From the NCBI GenBank assembly GCA_964577055.1, contig CAZNWC010000003.1:175245-239244 (forward strand): a stretch of DNA of 64,000 nucleotides. The letters are read 5' to 3'. The DNA comes from an uncultured Chitinophaga sp. GTDB lineage: Bacteria > Bacteroidota > Bacteroidia > UBA7662. The notes below the pieces were generated by a model. That model saw only the letters and a list, made by a program, of their open reading frames with translations, did no database searches and was not told the DNA's origin. Shown one piece after another: positions 1 to 10,686 of this stretch. Both the position numbers and the translations under genes were made by a program. Within the stretch, counting starts at the first letter, position 1. Each line of letters starts with the position of its first letter.

Positions 1-582
1 GCCGATTTACCTACGCAATTGCGCGGCACCAACGATTTTGTGGCCGATCGTTTTCGCCTCGTGGGCAGCCGCCTGGTGGTACTCGACACGGTTTCGAACC
101 AGTCGGGCAATGCAGGCAACATCAGCATGCCCTTGCAATTGGGCGTTGGTTTCCAGATAGGCGCGCACAATTGGTGGCAGTTTTCGGCTGAGGCCCGCTA
201 TGCGCAATGGAGCCAATTCAGCTTGTTCAACCGACCCGATTCGCTCCAAAACAGCTGGTATTTGGCCAGCGGTTTCCAGTACATCCCAAAATACGATGCT
301 ATCGGCGAAAATATGTTTTTCAAAACCTTGCGTTACCGCGCGGGTTTAAGATACCATACCGGTTACCTCGCCTTCCGCAATGAGCGTATCAGCGAACTTG
401 GCATGACCTTTGGGGTTGGCATACCGGTCAAGCGACAGTTTTCAATGCCTTCGGTCAACCTGGCAGTAGAAATTGGACGCAGGGGCACCTTGAACAACGG
501 CTTGGTGCGTGAAAATTACACCCGGGTAACCCTGGGATTCACCTTAAACGACCGTTGGTTTGTTAAAAGAAAGTATGATTAA
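1..582 (+). CDS. 5'-truncated outer-membrane beta-barrel protein (C-terminal portion)
   Basis: The reading frame is open from window position 1 with no stop before 582. The track ORF 19..582 begins at an internal TTG. The sequence alternates aromatic and hydrophobic residues like beta-strands and ends in a barrel-like ...TLGFTLNDRWF segment. Confidence 0.45.
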   Translation, partial: ADLPTQLRGTNDFVADRFRLVGSRLVVLDTVSNQSGNAGNISMPLQLGVGFQIGAHNWWQFSAEARYAQWSQFSLFNRPDSLQNSWYLASGFQYIPKYDAIGENMFFKTLRYRAGLRYHTGYLAFRNERISELGMTFGVGIPVKRQFSMPSVNLAVEIGRRGTLNNGLVRENYTRVTLGFTLNDRWFVKRKYD

Positions 583-594
583 ATTTTTGAAGCC

Positions 595-1929
595 ATGAAG
601 AAGATGATGAAAGGATTAGTTGTTGGATTGTTCGCCTGTGTGGTGATGGGAAATGTGTCTGGCGTACAAGCGCAGCCTGTTTCGGCTTGTGACCAAAAGT
701 GGGGTGCCGACAGCGTTAAAACCATCCAGAACATTTCGGTTTACCGCGAATTTTTCAAGCAAAAGAACTACAGTGCAGCTTTTGAAGCGTGGAGTTACGT
801 ATTCAAAAACGCACCTTGTTCGCGTGAACAAACGCATGTGGATGGTGTAGCCATGTACAAAGATTTTATCAAAAATACCAAAGACGCGGCACGCAAATCC
901 CAGCTCATCGATACCCTCTTCTACATTTATGAAGTAAGGGCCGCGAACTTTGCTGAAAGTGCCGGCAACGCCATTGGCCGCAAAGGCGTAGACATGTTGA
1001 GCTACCGCCCCGAACCCAACACGGAAGTACTGAACACTTTCAAACGTTCGGTAGCCTTGGGTGGTGACAATACCGAACACTTCATCCTGCCTTATTACTT
1101 CAAAGTGGTTTTGAAAGAATTTGCTGCAGGTGCCATGACCAAGGAGCAGGTGCTCGACGTATATGAGCAGTTATCGAAAATTGCTGAGGCCAACCTCAGT
1201 GGCAAAAACGGCGATAAATACGCCGAAAGCAAACAAATTTTGGATGCCGACTTGGCTGGCAACATCATCAAAGACTGTAACGAAATCATCGCACTGTTTG
1301 AAGGACGCTTCAAGGCCAATCCCGACAACAAAGAGCTGCGTGACCTTGTGTACAGCTTGCTTTTGGGCAAGGGTTGTACCGACAAAGAACTTTTCATGGA
1401 AGTAGCCGTAAGCAAGTACAACGAAAGCCCAAATGCACGTTTGGCGCTCGTATTGGCCCGTCGTTTCCAGCAAAACGACAATACCACCAAGGCAGCCGAG
1501 TATTACCAAAAAGCAATTGCTGAAGCAGAAAATGATTCAGCCAAAGCCCAGTATTATTACGACTTTGCCACTTTGTACAGCAGCAGCAAGCAGTTTGCCA
1601 AGGCCCGTCAAATGGCCCAGGAAGCAGCGAAATTGCAGCCCAATTGGGGTAAGCCCATCATGTTCATTGGCGACTTGTATGCAGCCAGTTACAATATGTG
1701 TGGCAGTGGCATTGAAGCACAAAGCGTGTATTGGGCAGCGGTCGACAAGTTTCAGCGCGCCAAGAGCGTAGATCCTTCGATGGCGGAAGAAGCCAACCAA
1801 AAGATCAACAAATACGCTGGTTACTTCCCCAATACCGAAACCTTGTTCTTCAACAACCTCAGCAAAGGCAGTAGCTACAGCGTAGGTTGTTGGATAGGCG
1901 AAACCACATCGGTACGTAGTTCCGATTGA
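595..1929 (+). CDS. TPR-like repeat lipoprotein/secreted protein
   Basis: The N-terminus MKKMMKGLVVGLFACVVMGNVSGVQAQ is a signal peptide. The protein is helical and repeat-rich, with TPR-like A/Y/K-rich repeats (AAEYYQKAI..., AKAQYYYDFATLY...). Confidence 0.65.
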   Translation: MKKMMKGLVVGLFACVVMGNVSGVQAQPVSACDQKWGADSVKTIQNISVYREFFKQKNYSAAFEAWSYVFKNAPCSREQTHVDGVAMYKDFIKNTKDAARKSQLIDTLFYIYEVRAANFAESAGNAIGRKGVDMLSYRPEPNTEVLNTFKRSVALGGDNTEHFILPYYFKVVLKEFAAGAMTKEQVLDVYEQLSKIAEANLSGKNGDKYAESKQILDADLAGNIIKDCNEIIALFEGRFKANPDNKELRDLVYSLLLGKGCTDKELFMEVAVSKYNESPNARLALVLARRFQQNDNTTKAAEYYQKAIAEAENDSAKAQYYYDFATLYSSSKQFAKARQMAQEAAKLQPNWGKPIMFIGDLYAASYNMCGSGIEAQSVYWAAVDKFQRAKSVDPSMAEEANQKINKYAGYFPNTETLFFNNLSKGSSYSVGCWIGETTSVRSSD

Positions 1930-2468
1930 TGATGTGCATGCGTTGGCTCCCATGGGTTGGCCTGTTGCTTTTTTCGTGTGGTAATTCACAGGAAAAGCTC
2001 AAGAAGTTTGCAACAGCAGCACCTGTGGGAGCCGAACGCGGTCGTGACGTAACCCTGATTTATTCCGATTCTGCATTGATCAAGGTGCGGGTAGAAGCCC
2101 CGGTTTTGATCCGATATGGTGGCGAGAAGCCCAAGACAGAAATGCCGGAAGGAATCAGGGCTATTTTTTTTGATGCCCAAAGCAATCCCAGCAGTAAATT
2201 GTCGGCCAACAGGGCGGTGCAATACCCCAATGAGGGCAAAATGGAAGCCCATGGCAATGTTGTGGTGGTGAATGAGCTGGGCGATACATTGTACACCGAA
2301 AAGCTTGTTTGGCTCGAAAAAGAAGACCGCATTTTCAGTGATGCCTACGTACGCATTGTTCGTCCCGATGAAATCATTTTTGGGGATGGATTAGAATCGA
2401 ACCAGCAGTTTACCCGCTACCGCATCCTCAATATCAGGGGAACCATTGCACTCGGCACCGAAGACTGA
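1926..2468 (+). CDS. lptC: LptC-like (OstA-like) periplasmic LPS-export lipoprotein
   Basis: There is a lipobox LLFSCG after a short signal peptide. The ~180-aa beta-rich protein has an OstA-like pattern (IYSDSALIKVRVEAPVLIRYGGEKP...HGNVVVVNELGDTLYTEKLVWLEKEDRIFSDAYVRI). Its ATGA overlaps the upstream stop. Confidence 0.55.
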   Translation: MMMCMRWLPWVGLLLFSCGNSQEKLKKFATAAPVGAERGRDVTLIYSDSALIKVRVEAPVLIRYGGEKPKTEMPEGIRAIFFDAQSNPSSKLSANRAVQYPNEGKMEAHGNVVVVNELGDTLYTEKLVWLEKEDRIFSDAYVRIVRPDEIIFGDGLESNQQFTRYRILNIRGTIALGTED

Positions 2469-3764
2469 TTGCGCTTTGTATATTTGTGCACATTCATGGA
2501 ACTCCTTCCCATCATTATTGGCAGTTTGATTGCCTCCGCTTTTTTTTCGGGGATGGAAATTGCTTTTTTTTCGGCAAATCGATTTAGGATAGAACTCAAG
2601 AACAAACAAGGCGTATTGTCGGCTCGTTTTTTGGCTGGTTTTTTGAAAAAGCCATCTGACTTTATTGGAACCATCCTTGTAGGCAACAACATCGCCCTGG
2701 TGGTATATGGGTCATTTATGGCGCGTTTGCTCGAGCCTTGGTTGGGGCGGCAGTTGCCCATGGCAGCCACCAACGAATTGTTGATGCTGGTTTTGCAAAC
2801 CTTGTTATCAACTGCGGTGGTGCTGCTTTTTGGGGAATTTTTGCCCAAATCGGTATTTCGATTGGCAGCCGACAGGGTGCTGTACATTTTTGCCGTTCCC
2901 ATGCAGCTGTTATATTTCCTTTTTTACCCCATCGTATGGCTAATCATATGGATGGCCAAGGGAATACTGCGCATGTTTTTTGGCGTGGCGATGTCGGAGA
3001 ACACCCCTGTTTTTGGTAAAAATGACCTCGACTACCTGGTGCAAGAAAACCAGCAGGAACAGGATGTTAATGGTCAGCAGGTTGATTTGAACTACTTTCA
3101 GAATGCCCTCTATTTCACCGAGGTGAAAGTGCGTGAATGCATGGTACACCGCACAGAATTGGTGGCCATCGGCATCGAAGAAACGGTAGAGGGTCTCCGC
3201 CAGGTATTTGCCGAATCGGAGCACTCCAAGGTGCTGGTGTATGAAAACAGCATCGACAAAATTGTGGGATATGTGCATTTTCAGGCCATGTTCGGCCAAC
3301 CTGCCGATATTGCATCTGTTACCATGCCCATCATGATTGTACCTGAAACCATGTCGGCCATGCAACTGCTCAAGCAGTTCAATACCGATCGCAAGAGTAT
3401 TGCGCTCGTTGTAGATGAGTTGGGGGGAACCAGCGGCATTGTAACGGTAGAGGACCTCATTGAGGAGATTTTCGGGGAGATTGAAGACGAGCACGACGTT
3501 GATGACCTCGTAGAAAAGGAGTTGGCTCCGAATACCTATTTGCTGTCGGCACGCCACGAAATCGATTATCTGAACGATGCGTATAAATTGGATTTGCCAG
3601 AAGGCGATTATGAAACCTTGGGTGGATTTATTTTTGAGCATTACCCTTCCATACCCGAAATTGACGAAACCCTCGACGTGCAGGGCTTTCAAATCACCAT
3701 TGTTTCAGTGAGCAATACACGCATCGAGACGGTGAAACTGGTAAAACAAGCAACAGAGGATTAG
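2469..3764 (+). CDS. CNNM/DUF21-CBS-CorC_HlyC hemolysin-family membrane protein (GldE-like)
   Basis: The N-terminal DUF21 transmembrane region (LIASAFFSGMEIAFFSAN) is followed by a tandem CBS pair and a CorC/HlyC C-terminal domain (TVEDLIEEIFGEIEDEHD...). It sits immediately after the lptC-like gene. Confidence 0.8.
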   Translation: MRFVYLCTFMELLPIIIGSLIASAFFSGMEIAFFSANRFRIELKNKQGVLSARFLAGFLKKPSDFIGTILVGNNIALVVYGSFMARLLEPWLGRQLPMAATNELLMLVLQTLLSTAVVLLFGEFLPKSVFRLAADRVLYIFAVPMQLLYFLFYPIVWLIIWMAKGILRMFFGVAMSENTPVFGKNDLDYLVQENQQEQDVNGQQVDLNYFQNALYFTEVKVRECMVHRTELVAIGIEETVEGLRQVFAESEHSKVLVYENSIDKIVGYVHFQAMFGQPADIASVTMPIMIVPETMSAMQLLKQFNTDRKSIALVVDELGGTSGIVTVEDLIEEIFGEIEDEHDVDDLVEKELAPNTYLLSARHEIDYLNDAYKLDLPEGDYETLGGFIFEHYPSIPEIDETLDVQGFQITIVSVSNTRIETVKLVKQATED

Positions 3765-3841
3765 AGCTTTCTGCAATTGCAGGTTGAAATTGTCAGATGA
3801 AACTTTATTTTTGCGCACTAACTTAAAATCAGACTATATAC

Positions 3842-5947
3842 ATGTCAGTCATTACCACGATTAGAAACAAAGCGGGTTTGATGGTCACCCTCATTGGTTT
3901 GGCCATTGTTTCGTTTTTGTTGATGGATGTTTTTAGCGGTAACGGGATTTTTTCTGGCAATCAGAGCAATAACGTAGGCGAAATAGACGGGGAAGAAATC
4001 AGCATTCAGCTTTTTGAAACAAAGGTGGATGAAGCGGTGGAGACCTACAAAGCCAATGCGCAACAAGACAAAGTAGACGATAATACCCTCGGGATGATCC
4101 GCGACCAGGTTTGGAACGAACTGTTGCGCGAACGCATCATGGGTGGTGCTTATGCCGAATTGGGCATTGCGGTAAGCGAAGATGAGCTTTTCGACATGGT
4201 ACAAGGCACCAACATCAATCCTTCGGTACGTCAGGCTTTCAGCAACCCACAAACGGGTGAATTCGACCGCAACCAGGTTGTACAATTTTTGCGCAATCTC
4301 GATCAGCAGCCTGAAGACATGCAGCGCCGTTGGTTGAATTTTGAAAAGTACCTCGTGCAAGAGCGCGAAGGACAGAAGTACACCGCCCTCATCAACAAGG
4401 GGCTGTATGTACCCACCTTTTTCGCCAAAAAGTACTACGAAAACACCAATACCATTGCAGAAGGTCGTTTCGTATTGTTGGATTATGGCGTGATTGCCGA
4501 TTCCACCATTGAAGTAACCGAAAAGGAATTGAAGGCATACTACAATGATCACCAAAAGGATTTCGAGAGCAAAGAAGAACTCCGTGCGGTTGATTATGTG
4601 CAGTACGAAGTGAAGCCCAGTGCCGATGATGATGCACGTGCCCTCCAAAATGTAACCGATTTGCGTGAGCAGTTTGTAGCAACCGAGAACGATTCGCTGT
4701 TTGTGAGCCTCAACTCCGATTTGCCATTCGACGATAATTACGTGGCAGAATCGGCTTTGGTGAGCGATGTGCAAAAGAAAATGTTCTTGAACAATGTTGT
4801 AGGTGTAGTGAGCGAAGTGTACCGCGATGGCGACTATTACAAAATGACCAAAATGCTCAGCCGTGTGGCGCGCCCTGACTCGGTAAAAGCCCGTCACATT
4901 TTGCTGCGTGCCAAAGAAGGCGAATCAGCAGAAGCACTCAAAGGCAGGGTTGACAGTTTGTTTGCATTGGCCAAAAAGGGAGATTTTGCAGCACTGGCCA
5001 AAGCCAATAGCGAAGATCCGGGTTCGGCTGAAAAAGGCGGCGATTTGGGATTCTTTGCCGAAGGCATGATGGTGAAGCCTTTCAACGACGCATGTTTTGG
5101 TGGCAGAAAAGGGGATATGGTCACTGTTCAATCTGATTTTGGTTGGCACATCATCAACATCACCGACCAAAAGGGCAGCCGTGTGGTAGCCAAATTTGCC
5201 ACCATTGCCAACCAAATAGAAGCCAGCACCGAAACCTATCGTGCGGCATATGCCGAAGCCGGTAAGTTTGCCAGTCAAACCACCTCGGCCGAATTGTTCG
5301 AAAAGAATGTGGAAGAAATGGGACTGGTAAAGCGTTCGGCTGAATTCATTCGGGTGAATGACCGCACCTTGCAGGGCTTGCCCAATTCAAGGGAAATTGT
5401 ACGCTGGGCTTACAAAAACGAGTCTGGTGCTATCAGTCCGGTTTTCGAAGTAGAAGATAAATACATAGTAGCCACACTCACAAAGGTGACACCCAAGGGA
5501 ACCAAATCGTTTGAAGAAGTAAAAACCGATGTAGAAGCCTATGTAAAGCGCGACAAAAAGGCCGAGCAGTTGATTGCCAAAGCCGAAAAAGCAGTAAGCG
5601 TTGCCAAAGGAGATTTGGAAGCCGTTGCCCGCGAATCGGCAGGCATGGTGCAGGCCTTCAACGGAGCAACTTTCCAATCTAACTTCCTCACCGGCATCGG
5701 ACGTGAGCCGGTGGTATCGGGCACCATCTTTACCCTCAAGCCCGGCAGTTTGAGCAAGCCATTGAAAGGTGAGCGCGGTGTATATGTGGTGGTAGTAGAC
5801 ACCAAAACTCCTGCTGCCGAACAAGGCGATTTGGAGCCAAGCAAACAAGCTTTGCGCAACCAATTGGCGGCACGTGGTAGCAACGAGGCCTTTAACGCGA
5901 AAAAAGAATTGATCAAGCAAGAAGACAACCGTCACTTGTTCTATTGA
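3842..5947 (+). CDS. PpiD/SurA-like periplasmic peptidyl-prolyl cis-trans isomerase (parvulin)
   Basis: There is an N-terminal membrane anchor (LMVTLIGLAIVSFLL) and a SurA-N-like chaperone region. A parvulin rotamase domain is present (ARHILLRAKEGE...GDLGFFAEGMMVKPFNDACF...FGWHIINITD). Confidence 0.8.
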   Translation: MSVITTIRNKAGLMVTLIGLAIVSFLLMDVFSGNGIFSGNQSNNVGEIDGEEISIQLFETKVDEAVETYKANAQQDKVDDNTLGMIRDQVWNELLRERIMGGAYAELGIAVSEDELFDMVQGTNINPSVRQAFSNPQTGEFDRNQVVQFLRNLDQQPEDMQRRWLNFEKYLVQEREGQKYTALINKGLYVPTFFAKKYYENTNTIAEGRFVLLDYGVIADSTIEVTEKELKAYYNDHQKDFESKEELRAVDYVQYEVKPSADDDARALQNVTDLREQFVATENDSLFVSLNSDLPFDDNYVAESALVSDVQKKMFLNNVVGVVSEVYRDGDYYKMTKMLSRVARPDSVKARHILLRAKEGESAEALKGRVDSLFALAKKGDFAALAKANSEDPGSAEKGGDLGFFAEGMMVKPFNDACFGGRKGDMVTVQSDFGWHIINITDQKGSRVVAKFATIANQIEASTETYRAAYAEAGKFASQTTSAELFEKNVEEMGLVKRSAEFIRVNDRTLQGLPNSREIVRWAYKNESGAISPVFEVEDKYIVATLTKVTPKGTKSFEEVKTDVEAYVKRDKKAEQLIAKAEKAVSVAKGDLEAVARESAGMVQAFNGATFQSNFLTGIGREPVVSGTIFTLKPGSLSKPLKGERGVYVVVVDTKTPAAEQGDLEPSKQALRNQLAARGSNEAFNAKKELIKQEDNRHLFY

Positions 5948-5962
5948 GCATTTTTAAACTTT

Positions 5963-6523
5963 TTGAAGAACCTTTCCGTTCTACGGGAAGGTTCTTTTTA
6001 TTTGGCACAAACCGAAAGCATGGAGTTGATTCAGAATAAGGTGGCCGATAGCGGCTTAAAAGTATTGGATCCGGCTGATTTTTTGCCTGAAATGCCGGTT
6101 GTATCGCTGGATATCAGCCAATTTTTATGGCAGGGCATGGTGCTGCGGGAGAAGGATTTCAGGGAGCAATTGAAGCATTTCGACTGGTTAGCATTTACTG
6201 GCAAGTTCGTTGCGATTGATTGTTCAACTGATGCCATCGTGCCGCGTTGGGCTTATATGCTCATTACCCAGTATCTGCTTCAGCATACACCCCACATGGC
6301 CAAAGGTTCGACAAAAGCATGTGCCGAAGCATGGGCCTTGGCAGGCATTGCAAAAGCCGACTTCGAGGAATACCGCGATGAAAAAGTGATCCTCAAGGGT
6401 TGTGGTGATGACAGCTTGAGCGATGCCTTGTACATAGCGCTTACAGCTCGCTTGCAACCCTTGGTGAAAAGCCTGATGTACGGTGAGCCCTGTTCAACAG
6501 TACCTGTTTACAAAAAGAAATAG
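5963..6523 (+). CDS. hypothetical protein (DUF2480-like)
   Basis: This is a 186-aa ORF in coding-like composition between ppiD and the transglycosylase. It contains the conserved-looking segment FDWLAFTGKFVAIDCSTDAIVPRWAYMLI. The true start may be the internal M at 6020. Confidence 0.45.
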   Translation: MKNLSVLREGSFYLAQTESMELIQNKVADSGLKVLDPADFLPEMPVVSLDISQFLWQGMVLREKDFREQLKHFDWLAFTGKFVAIDCSTDAIVPRWAYMLITQYLLQHTPHMAKGSTKACAEAWALAGIAKADFEEYRDEKVILKGCGDDSLSDALYIALTARLQPLVKSLMYGEPCSTVPVYKKK

Positions 6524-6524
6524 C

Positions 6525-7730
6525 ATGAACCTTCCCTCTTTTACTTCGAACAAATATGTGCAGAGCATACTGCTGGCCATGATTGCCGGGTTGGTTTTTA
6601 AACTCACCACCTCAAGTCGGTACACCGATGACAGTGAGTATCTCGAGCAATTTTGGAAGAATTACCAGGTGTATGCCATCCCATTCCCCGATGATATGTA
6701 CTTCGCCGGTGAAAAGGTGCCCATGTTCGACTTTGAGGTGCGCGAAAGGGTGGACCGCGAGCTTTTGGTGAATACTTATTACCAAAGTGCCTCGATTTTG
6801 CATTTCAAAAAGGCTGCACGCTGGTTTCCGGTCATCGAAAAAATATTGAAGGAGCAAGGGGTACCCGAAGATTTCAAATACATCGCCGTGATCGAAAGTG
6901 GTTTGAGCAATGTGGTGAGTCCGGCCGGTGCCGTGGGTTTTTGGCAAATCATGAAAAATACCGGTTTGGAGCTGGGCATGCAGGTAGATGAGGTGGTAGA
7001 CGAACGATATGATCCTGTAAAATCGACCTATGCCGCATGTCGTTATTTCAAAAAAGCGTACAAAGAATTTGGCAGTTGGACCATGGTGGCCGCTTCGTAC
7101 AATATGGGCATGGGGGGATTGCGCAGACAAGCCAGTCAGCAAGGTCTTGAGGATTACCATGGCTTGTACCTGAACAATGAAACATCGCGTTACATCCCGC
7201 GCTTGTTGGCTGTTAAACAAATCATGGAGCACCCGCGCCAGTATGGGTATCATTTCCGCGATAAGCACCTGTACAAACCGCTCAAAACAAACCAGGTAGA
7301 AGTAAAAGAGGAAGTGACCGATTTGGTGGCATTTGCCAAAAGCAAGGGAATCACCTACAAACACCTCAAAGTTTTTAATCCCTGGATGCGCAAGACCTTT
7401 TTGCCTGCCCCTGCCGCCGGTAAGTCATGGCTCATTGAGATTCCCGATCCGTCGGTATTTGACGATCAAAATGAACTGAAGCCCGAATACAAAATAGTAC
7501 TTCCCGAAGTACAGCAAATTGAACAAAAAGCTTCGGAGCCGGACTATATCGAAGTGAAGCATGTGGTAGAAAAAGCCCAAACCATCAATGAGATTGCTGC
7601 AATGTTTGAAGTGCGGGTGGTAGACCTGGTGATTTGGAATGCTTTGGAAAGCACCGAGCTGAGCAAAGATCAAGTGTTGGTGGTGCATGTTAAAAAACCG
7701 AAAGCTGTGGAAGCTGTTGACAATAAATAG
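6525..7730 (+). CDS. membrane-bound lytic murein transglycosylase (SLT domain) with C-terminal LysM
   Basis: An SLT catalytic motif is present ([32 protein letters not shown]...[10 protein letters not shown]). There is a C-terminal LysM ([23 protein letters not shown]). The ATG at 6525 lies just after the upstream stop, whereas the track ORF starts at an upstream GTG (6483). Confidence 0.8.
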   Translation: MNLPSFTSNKYVQSILLAMIAGLVFKLTTSSRYTDDSEYLEQFWKNYQVYAIPFPDDMYFAGEKVPMFDFEVRERVDRELLVNTYYQSASILHFKKAARWFPVIEKILKEQGVPEDFKYIAVIESGLSNVVSPAGAVGFWQIMKNTGLELGMQVDEVVDERYDPVKSTYAACRYFKKAYKEFGSWTMVAASYNMGMGGLRRQASQQGLEDYHGLYLNNETSRYIPRLLAVKQIMEHPRQYGYHFRDKHLYKPLKTNQVEVKEEVTDLVAFAKSKGITYKHLKVFNPWMRKTFLPAPAAGKSWLIEIPDPSVFDDQNELKPEYKIVLPEVQQIEQKASEPDYIEVKHVVEKAQTINEIAAMFEVRVVDLVIWNALESTELSKDQVLVVHVKKPKAVEAVDNK

Positions 7731-7753
7731 CAATTTGTAGTTTCGCAGTCTGC

Positions 7754-10579
7754 ATGAAAAATAGCCCGGAGGCCTTAGCGGCTGAATCGTATTTAGAAGT
7801 ATTTGGTGCCCGAGAGCACAATCTTAAAAACATTGATGTTCGCATTCCGCGGAACCAGCTGGTGGTAATTACCGGCTTGAGTGGCAGTGGCAAATCGTCG
7901 CTGGCTTTCGAAACCATCTATGCCGAAGGTCAACGGCGGTACATGGAGAGCTTTTCGGCTTATGCACGCCAGTTTATTGGCGACATGGAGCGCCCCGATG
8001 TGGACAAAATTGAAGGGCTGAGTCCAGTTATTTCGATTGAGCAAAAGACCACCGGACGAAATCCGCGTTCGACAGTAGGCACCATCACCGAAGTGTACGA
8101 TTTTATGCGCTTGCTGTTTGCACGTGTAGGCGAGGCCTATTCTTACGTCAATGGCAAACGCATGCAAAGGTTTACCGAGCAGCAAATTGAGGGGGGGATT
8201 GCGGAGCGTTATGCAGGCAAAAAAATTGCGCTTTTGGCGCCTTTGGTGCGTGCACGCAAAGGACATTACCGCGAGTTGTTTGAGCAAATGCGCAAACAGG
8301 GGTATTTGAAAATCCGGGTCGATGGCGAAGTGCTCGATTTGCAACCCAAAATGCAGGTTGATCGCTACAAAGTGCACGATATAGAATTGGTGGTCGATCG
8401 CTTGATACCCACCGATGACGAGCAAAAGCGCTTGCGTCAATCGATCCAACAGGCTTTGCGCTTGGGCAAGGGTACCATGCTTGTGCTCGATTATGAAACC
8501 AATGAGGTGGCCTACTACAGCCGTTTTTTAATGGATCCTGAAAGTGGGATTGCCTACGACGAACCTCAGCCGAATACTTTCAGCTTCAACTCGCCCTATG
8601 GCGCATGTGAACATTGTGATGGTTTGGGCACCATTGCCGAAATTGATCCGGCGCTCATCATGCCCGATCCTGCCTTGAGCATTACCGCTGGGGGCTTGGC
8701 ACCGTTGGGCGAGTACCGCGATATTTGGGCTTTTCGGCTTATTTCGGCTGCTGCCAAAAAGTTTAAGTTCAGCTTGACCACTCCCGTGGGCCAACTCGAC
8801 GCCAAAGCAAGGGAAATTTTGCTGTTTGGCAGCGAAGAAACCTTGGAAGTGCCTGGCCGTTACGATGAGAGTTACGGTCACCAGTTGCGCTTTGAGGGCT
8901 TGGTGAATTTACTCAAGAAGCAGCAGGACGATGCCAGCAGCATCAGCATGCAAAGTTGGGCCGAAGAATATGTGAGTCATGTTACCTGCCCGGTTTGCAA
9001 TGGTGGTCGCCTCAAACAAGAGGCCCTGCATTACCGCATCAAGGCCAAAAACATCGCTGAGCTCAGCGGCATGGAAATAGGAGAGGTAACCCAATGGTTT
9101 CACGATTTGGATGGCTATTTCACCGGACAGGATGCCGTGGTGGCGGTGGAAATTTTGAAAGAAATCAGGGTGCGCCTTGGCTTTTTGCAAAACATTGGCT
9201 TGTCGTATTTGTCGTTGAGCCGCGGCGCGAATACCCTGAGTGGGGGTGAATCGCAGCGTATCCGTTTGGCTACCCAAATTGGCTCGCAGTTGGTAGGCGT
9301 ATTGTACATCCTCGATGAACCCAGCATTGGCTTGCATCAACGCGATAACCAACGTCTCATTGCTTCGCTGAAACAGCTGCGCGATGCAGGCAATACTGTT
9401 TTGGTGGTGGAGCACGATGAAGACATGATCCGGGAAAGCGATTTTGTGTTAGACATCGGTCCGGGTGCCGGCAAACACGGTGGACAGGTGGTAGGTGCTG
9501 CTGTTCCCGCCGATTTCTTGCAATTGCCAACACTTACGGCGCAATACCTGCGGGGCGAGAGGCAAATGCCTGCTGTAAGATTGCGCAAAGGGTCTGGCCG
9601 GTCGATTGTATTGAAAGGCGCTTCTGGCAATAATTTGCAAAAGGTATCGGTTGAATTTCCGTTGGGCCAGTTCATCTGTGTGACCGGCGTTTCGGGATCG
9701 GGCAAATCTACCCTCATCAATGAAACCCTTTATCCCATTCTGAGCCAGTATTTGTACAACAGCCGCAAGAAGCCCTTGGCCTATGCCAGTGTTGCCGGAT
9801 TGGAGCATGTAGACAAGGTGATTGAAATCGACCAAACGCCCATTGGCCGCACGCCGCGTTCCAATCCGAGCACCTATACCACAGTATTTAGCGACATCCG
9901 GACGCTGTTTGCCGAATTGCCCGAAGCGAAAATACGTGGATACAAGCCCGGTCGTTTTTCTTTCAACGTAAAGGGAGGCCGCTGTGAAAGTTGTGGAGGC
10001 GCTGGTGTTCGCGTCATTGAAATGAATTTTTTGCCCGATGTGCAGGTGCATTGCGATACCTGCCAAGGCCGCCGCTACAACCGTGAAACCTTGGAAGTGC
10101 GTTACCGGGGCAAATCGATTAGTGATGTGCTCGACATGAGCATTGATGAAGCCGTGGCCTTCTTTGAAAGTATGCCGAATATCTTGCGTAAAATCAAAAC
10201 CTTGCAAGATGTGGGCTTGGGCTATTTGACCTTGGGCCAACCCAGCACCACTTTGTCGGGCGGCGAGGCGCAGCGGGTGAAATTGGCGGCTGAGTTGTCG
10301 AAAAAGGATACTGGAAGCACCTTTTATATCCTGGATGAGCCTACAACCGGTTTGCATTTTGAAGATGTGCGTGTGCTCTTGGAGGTCTTGCACAAATTGG
10401 TGGATCGCGGAAATACGGTTTTGGTCATTGAGCACAACTTGGATGTGATTCGAACAGCCGACTACATTGTTGATATAGGTCCGGATGGTGGGAAGTACGG
10501 AGGTCAAGTTGTTTATGCTGGCAATTTAGCTTCAATGAAAGCACAAAAGGATAGGAGCATCACCGCAAACTTCATCTAA
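7754..10579 (+). CDS. uvrA: excinuclease ABC subunit A
   Basis: The 941-aa protein has two ABC ATPase modules: Walker [13 protein letters not shown] and [12 protein letters not shown], and signatures [12 protein letters not shown] and [12 protein letters not shown]. Zinc-finger Cys clusters are present ([17 protein letters not shown]...CDTCQG). Confidence 0.95.
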   Translation: MKNSPEALAAESYLEVFGAREHNLKNIDVRIPRNQLVVITGLSGSGKSSLAFETIYAEGQRRYMESFSAYARQFIGDMERPDVDKIEGLSPVISIEQKTTGRNPRSTVGTITEVYDFMRLLFARVGEAYSYVNGKRMQRFTEQQIEGGIAERYAGKKIALLAPLVRARKGHYRELFEQMRKQGYLKIRVDGEVLDLQPKMQVDRYKVHDIELVVDRLIPTDDEQKRLRQSIQQALRLGKGTMLVLDYETNEVAYYSRFLMDPESGIAYDEPQPNTFSFNSPYGACEHCDGLGTIAEIDPALIMPDPALSITAGGLAPLGEYRDIWAFRLISAAAKKFKFSLTTPVGQLDAKAREILLFGSEETLEVPGRYDESYGHQLRFEGLVNLLKKQQDDASSISMQSWAEEYVSHVTCPVCNGGRLKQEALHYRIKAKNIAELSGMEIGEVTQWFHDLDGYFTGQDAVVAVEILKEIRVRLGFLQNIGLSYLSLSRGANTLSGGESQRIRLATQIGSQLVGVLYILDEPSIGLHQRDNQRLIASLKQLRDAGNTVLVVEHDEDMIRESDFVLDIGPGAGKHGGQVVGAAVPADFLQLPTLTAQYLRGERQMPAVRLRKGSGRSIVLKGASGNNLQKVSVEFPLGQFICVTGVSGSGKSTLINETLYPILSQYLYNSRKKPLAYASVAGLEHVDKVIEIDQTPIGRTPRSNPSTYTTVFSDIRTLFAELPEAKIRGYKPGRFSFNVKGGRCESCGGAGVRVIEMNFLPDVQVHCDTCQGRRYNRETLEVRYRGKSISDVLDMSIDEAVAFFESMPNILRKIKTLQDVGLGYLTLGQPSTTLSGGEAQRVKLAAELSKKDTGSTFYILDEPTTGLHFEDVRVLLEVLHKLVDRGNTVLVIEHNLDVIRTADYIVDIGPDGGKYGGQVVYAGNLASMKAQKDRSITANFI

Positions 10580-10582
10580 AAT

Positions 10583-10615
10583 GCCTTTTGCCCAAAAAAG
10601 GGCTTGTAAATTTTT
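10583..10615 (+). terminator. weak intrinsic terminator after uvrA
   Basis: The stem CCTTTTG/CAAAAAAGG (CCTTTTGCCCAAAAAAGGGC) is followed 8 nt later by TTTTT. Confidence 0.35.
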
Positions 10616-10686
10616 CACGAGGGGTTTGTATTTGTCATATTGATGCCATAGATTCGTCCATTGATTAAATACCTAAAATCTATCGT

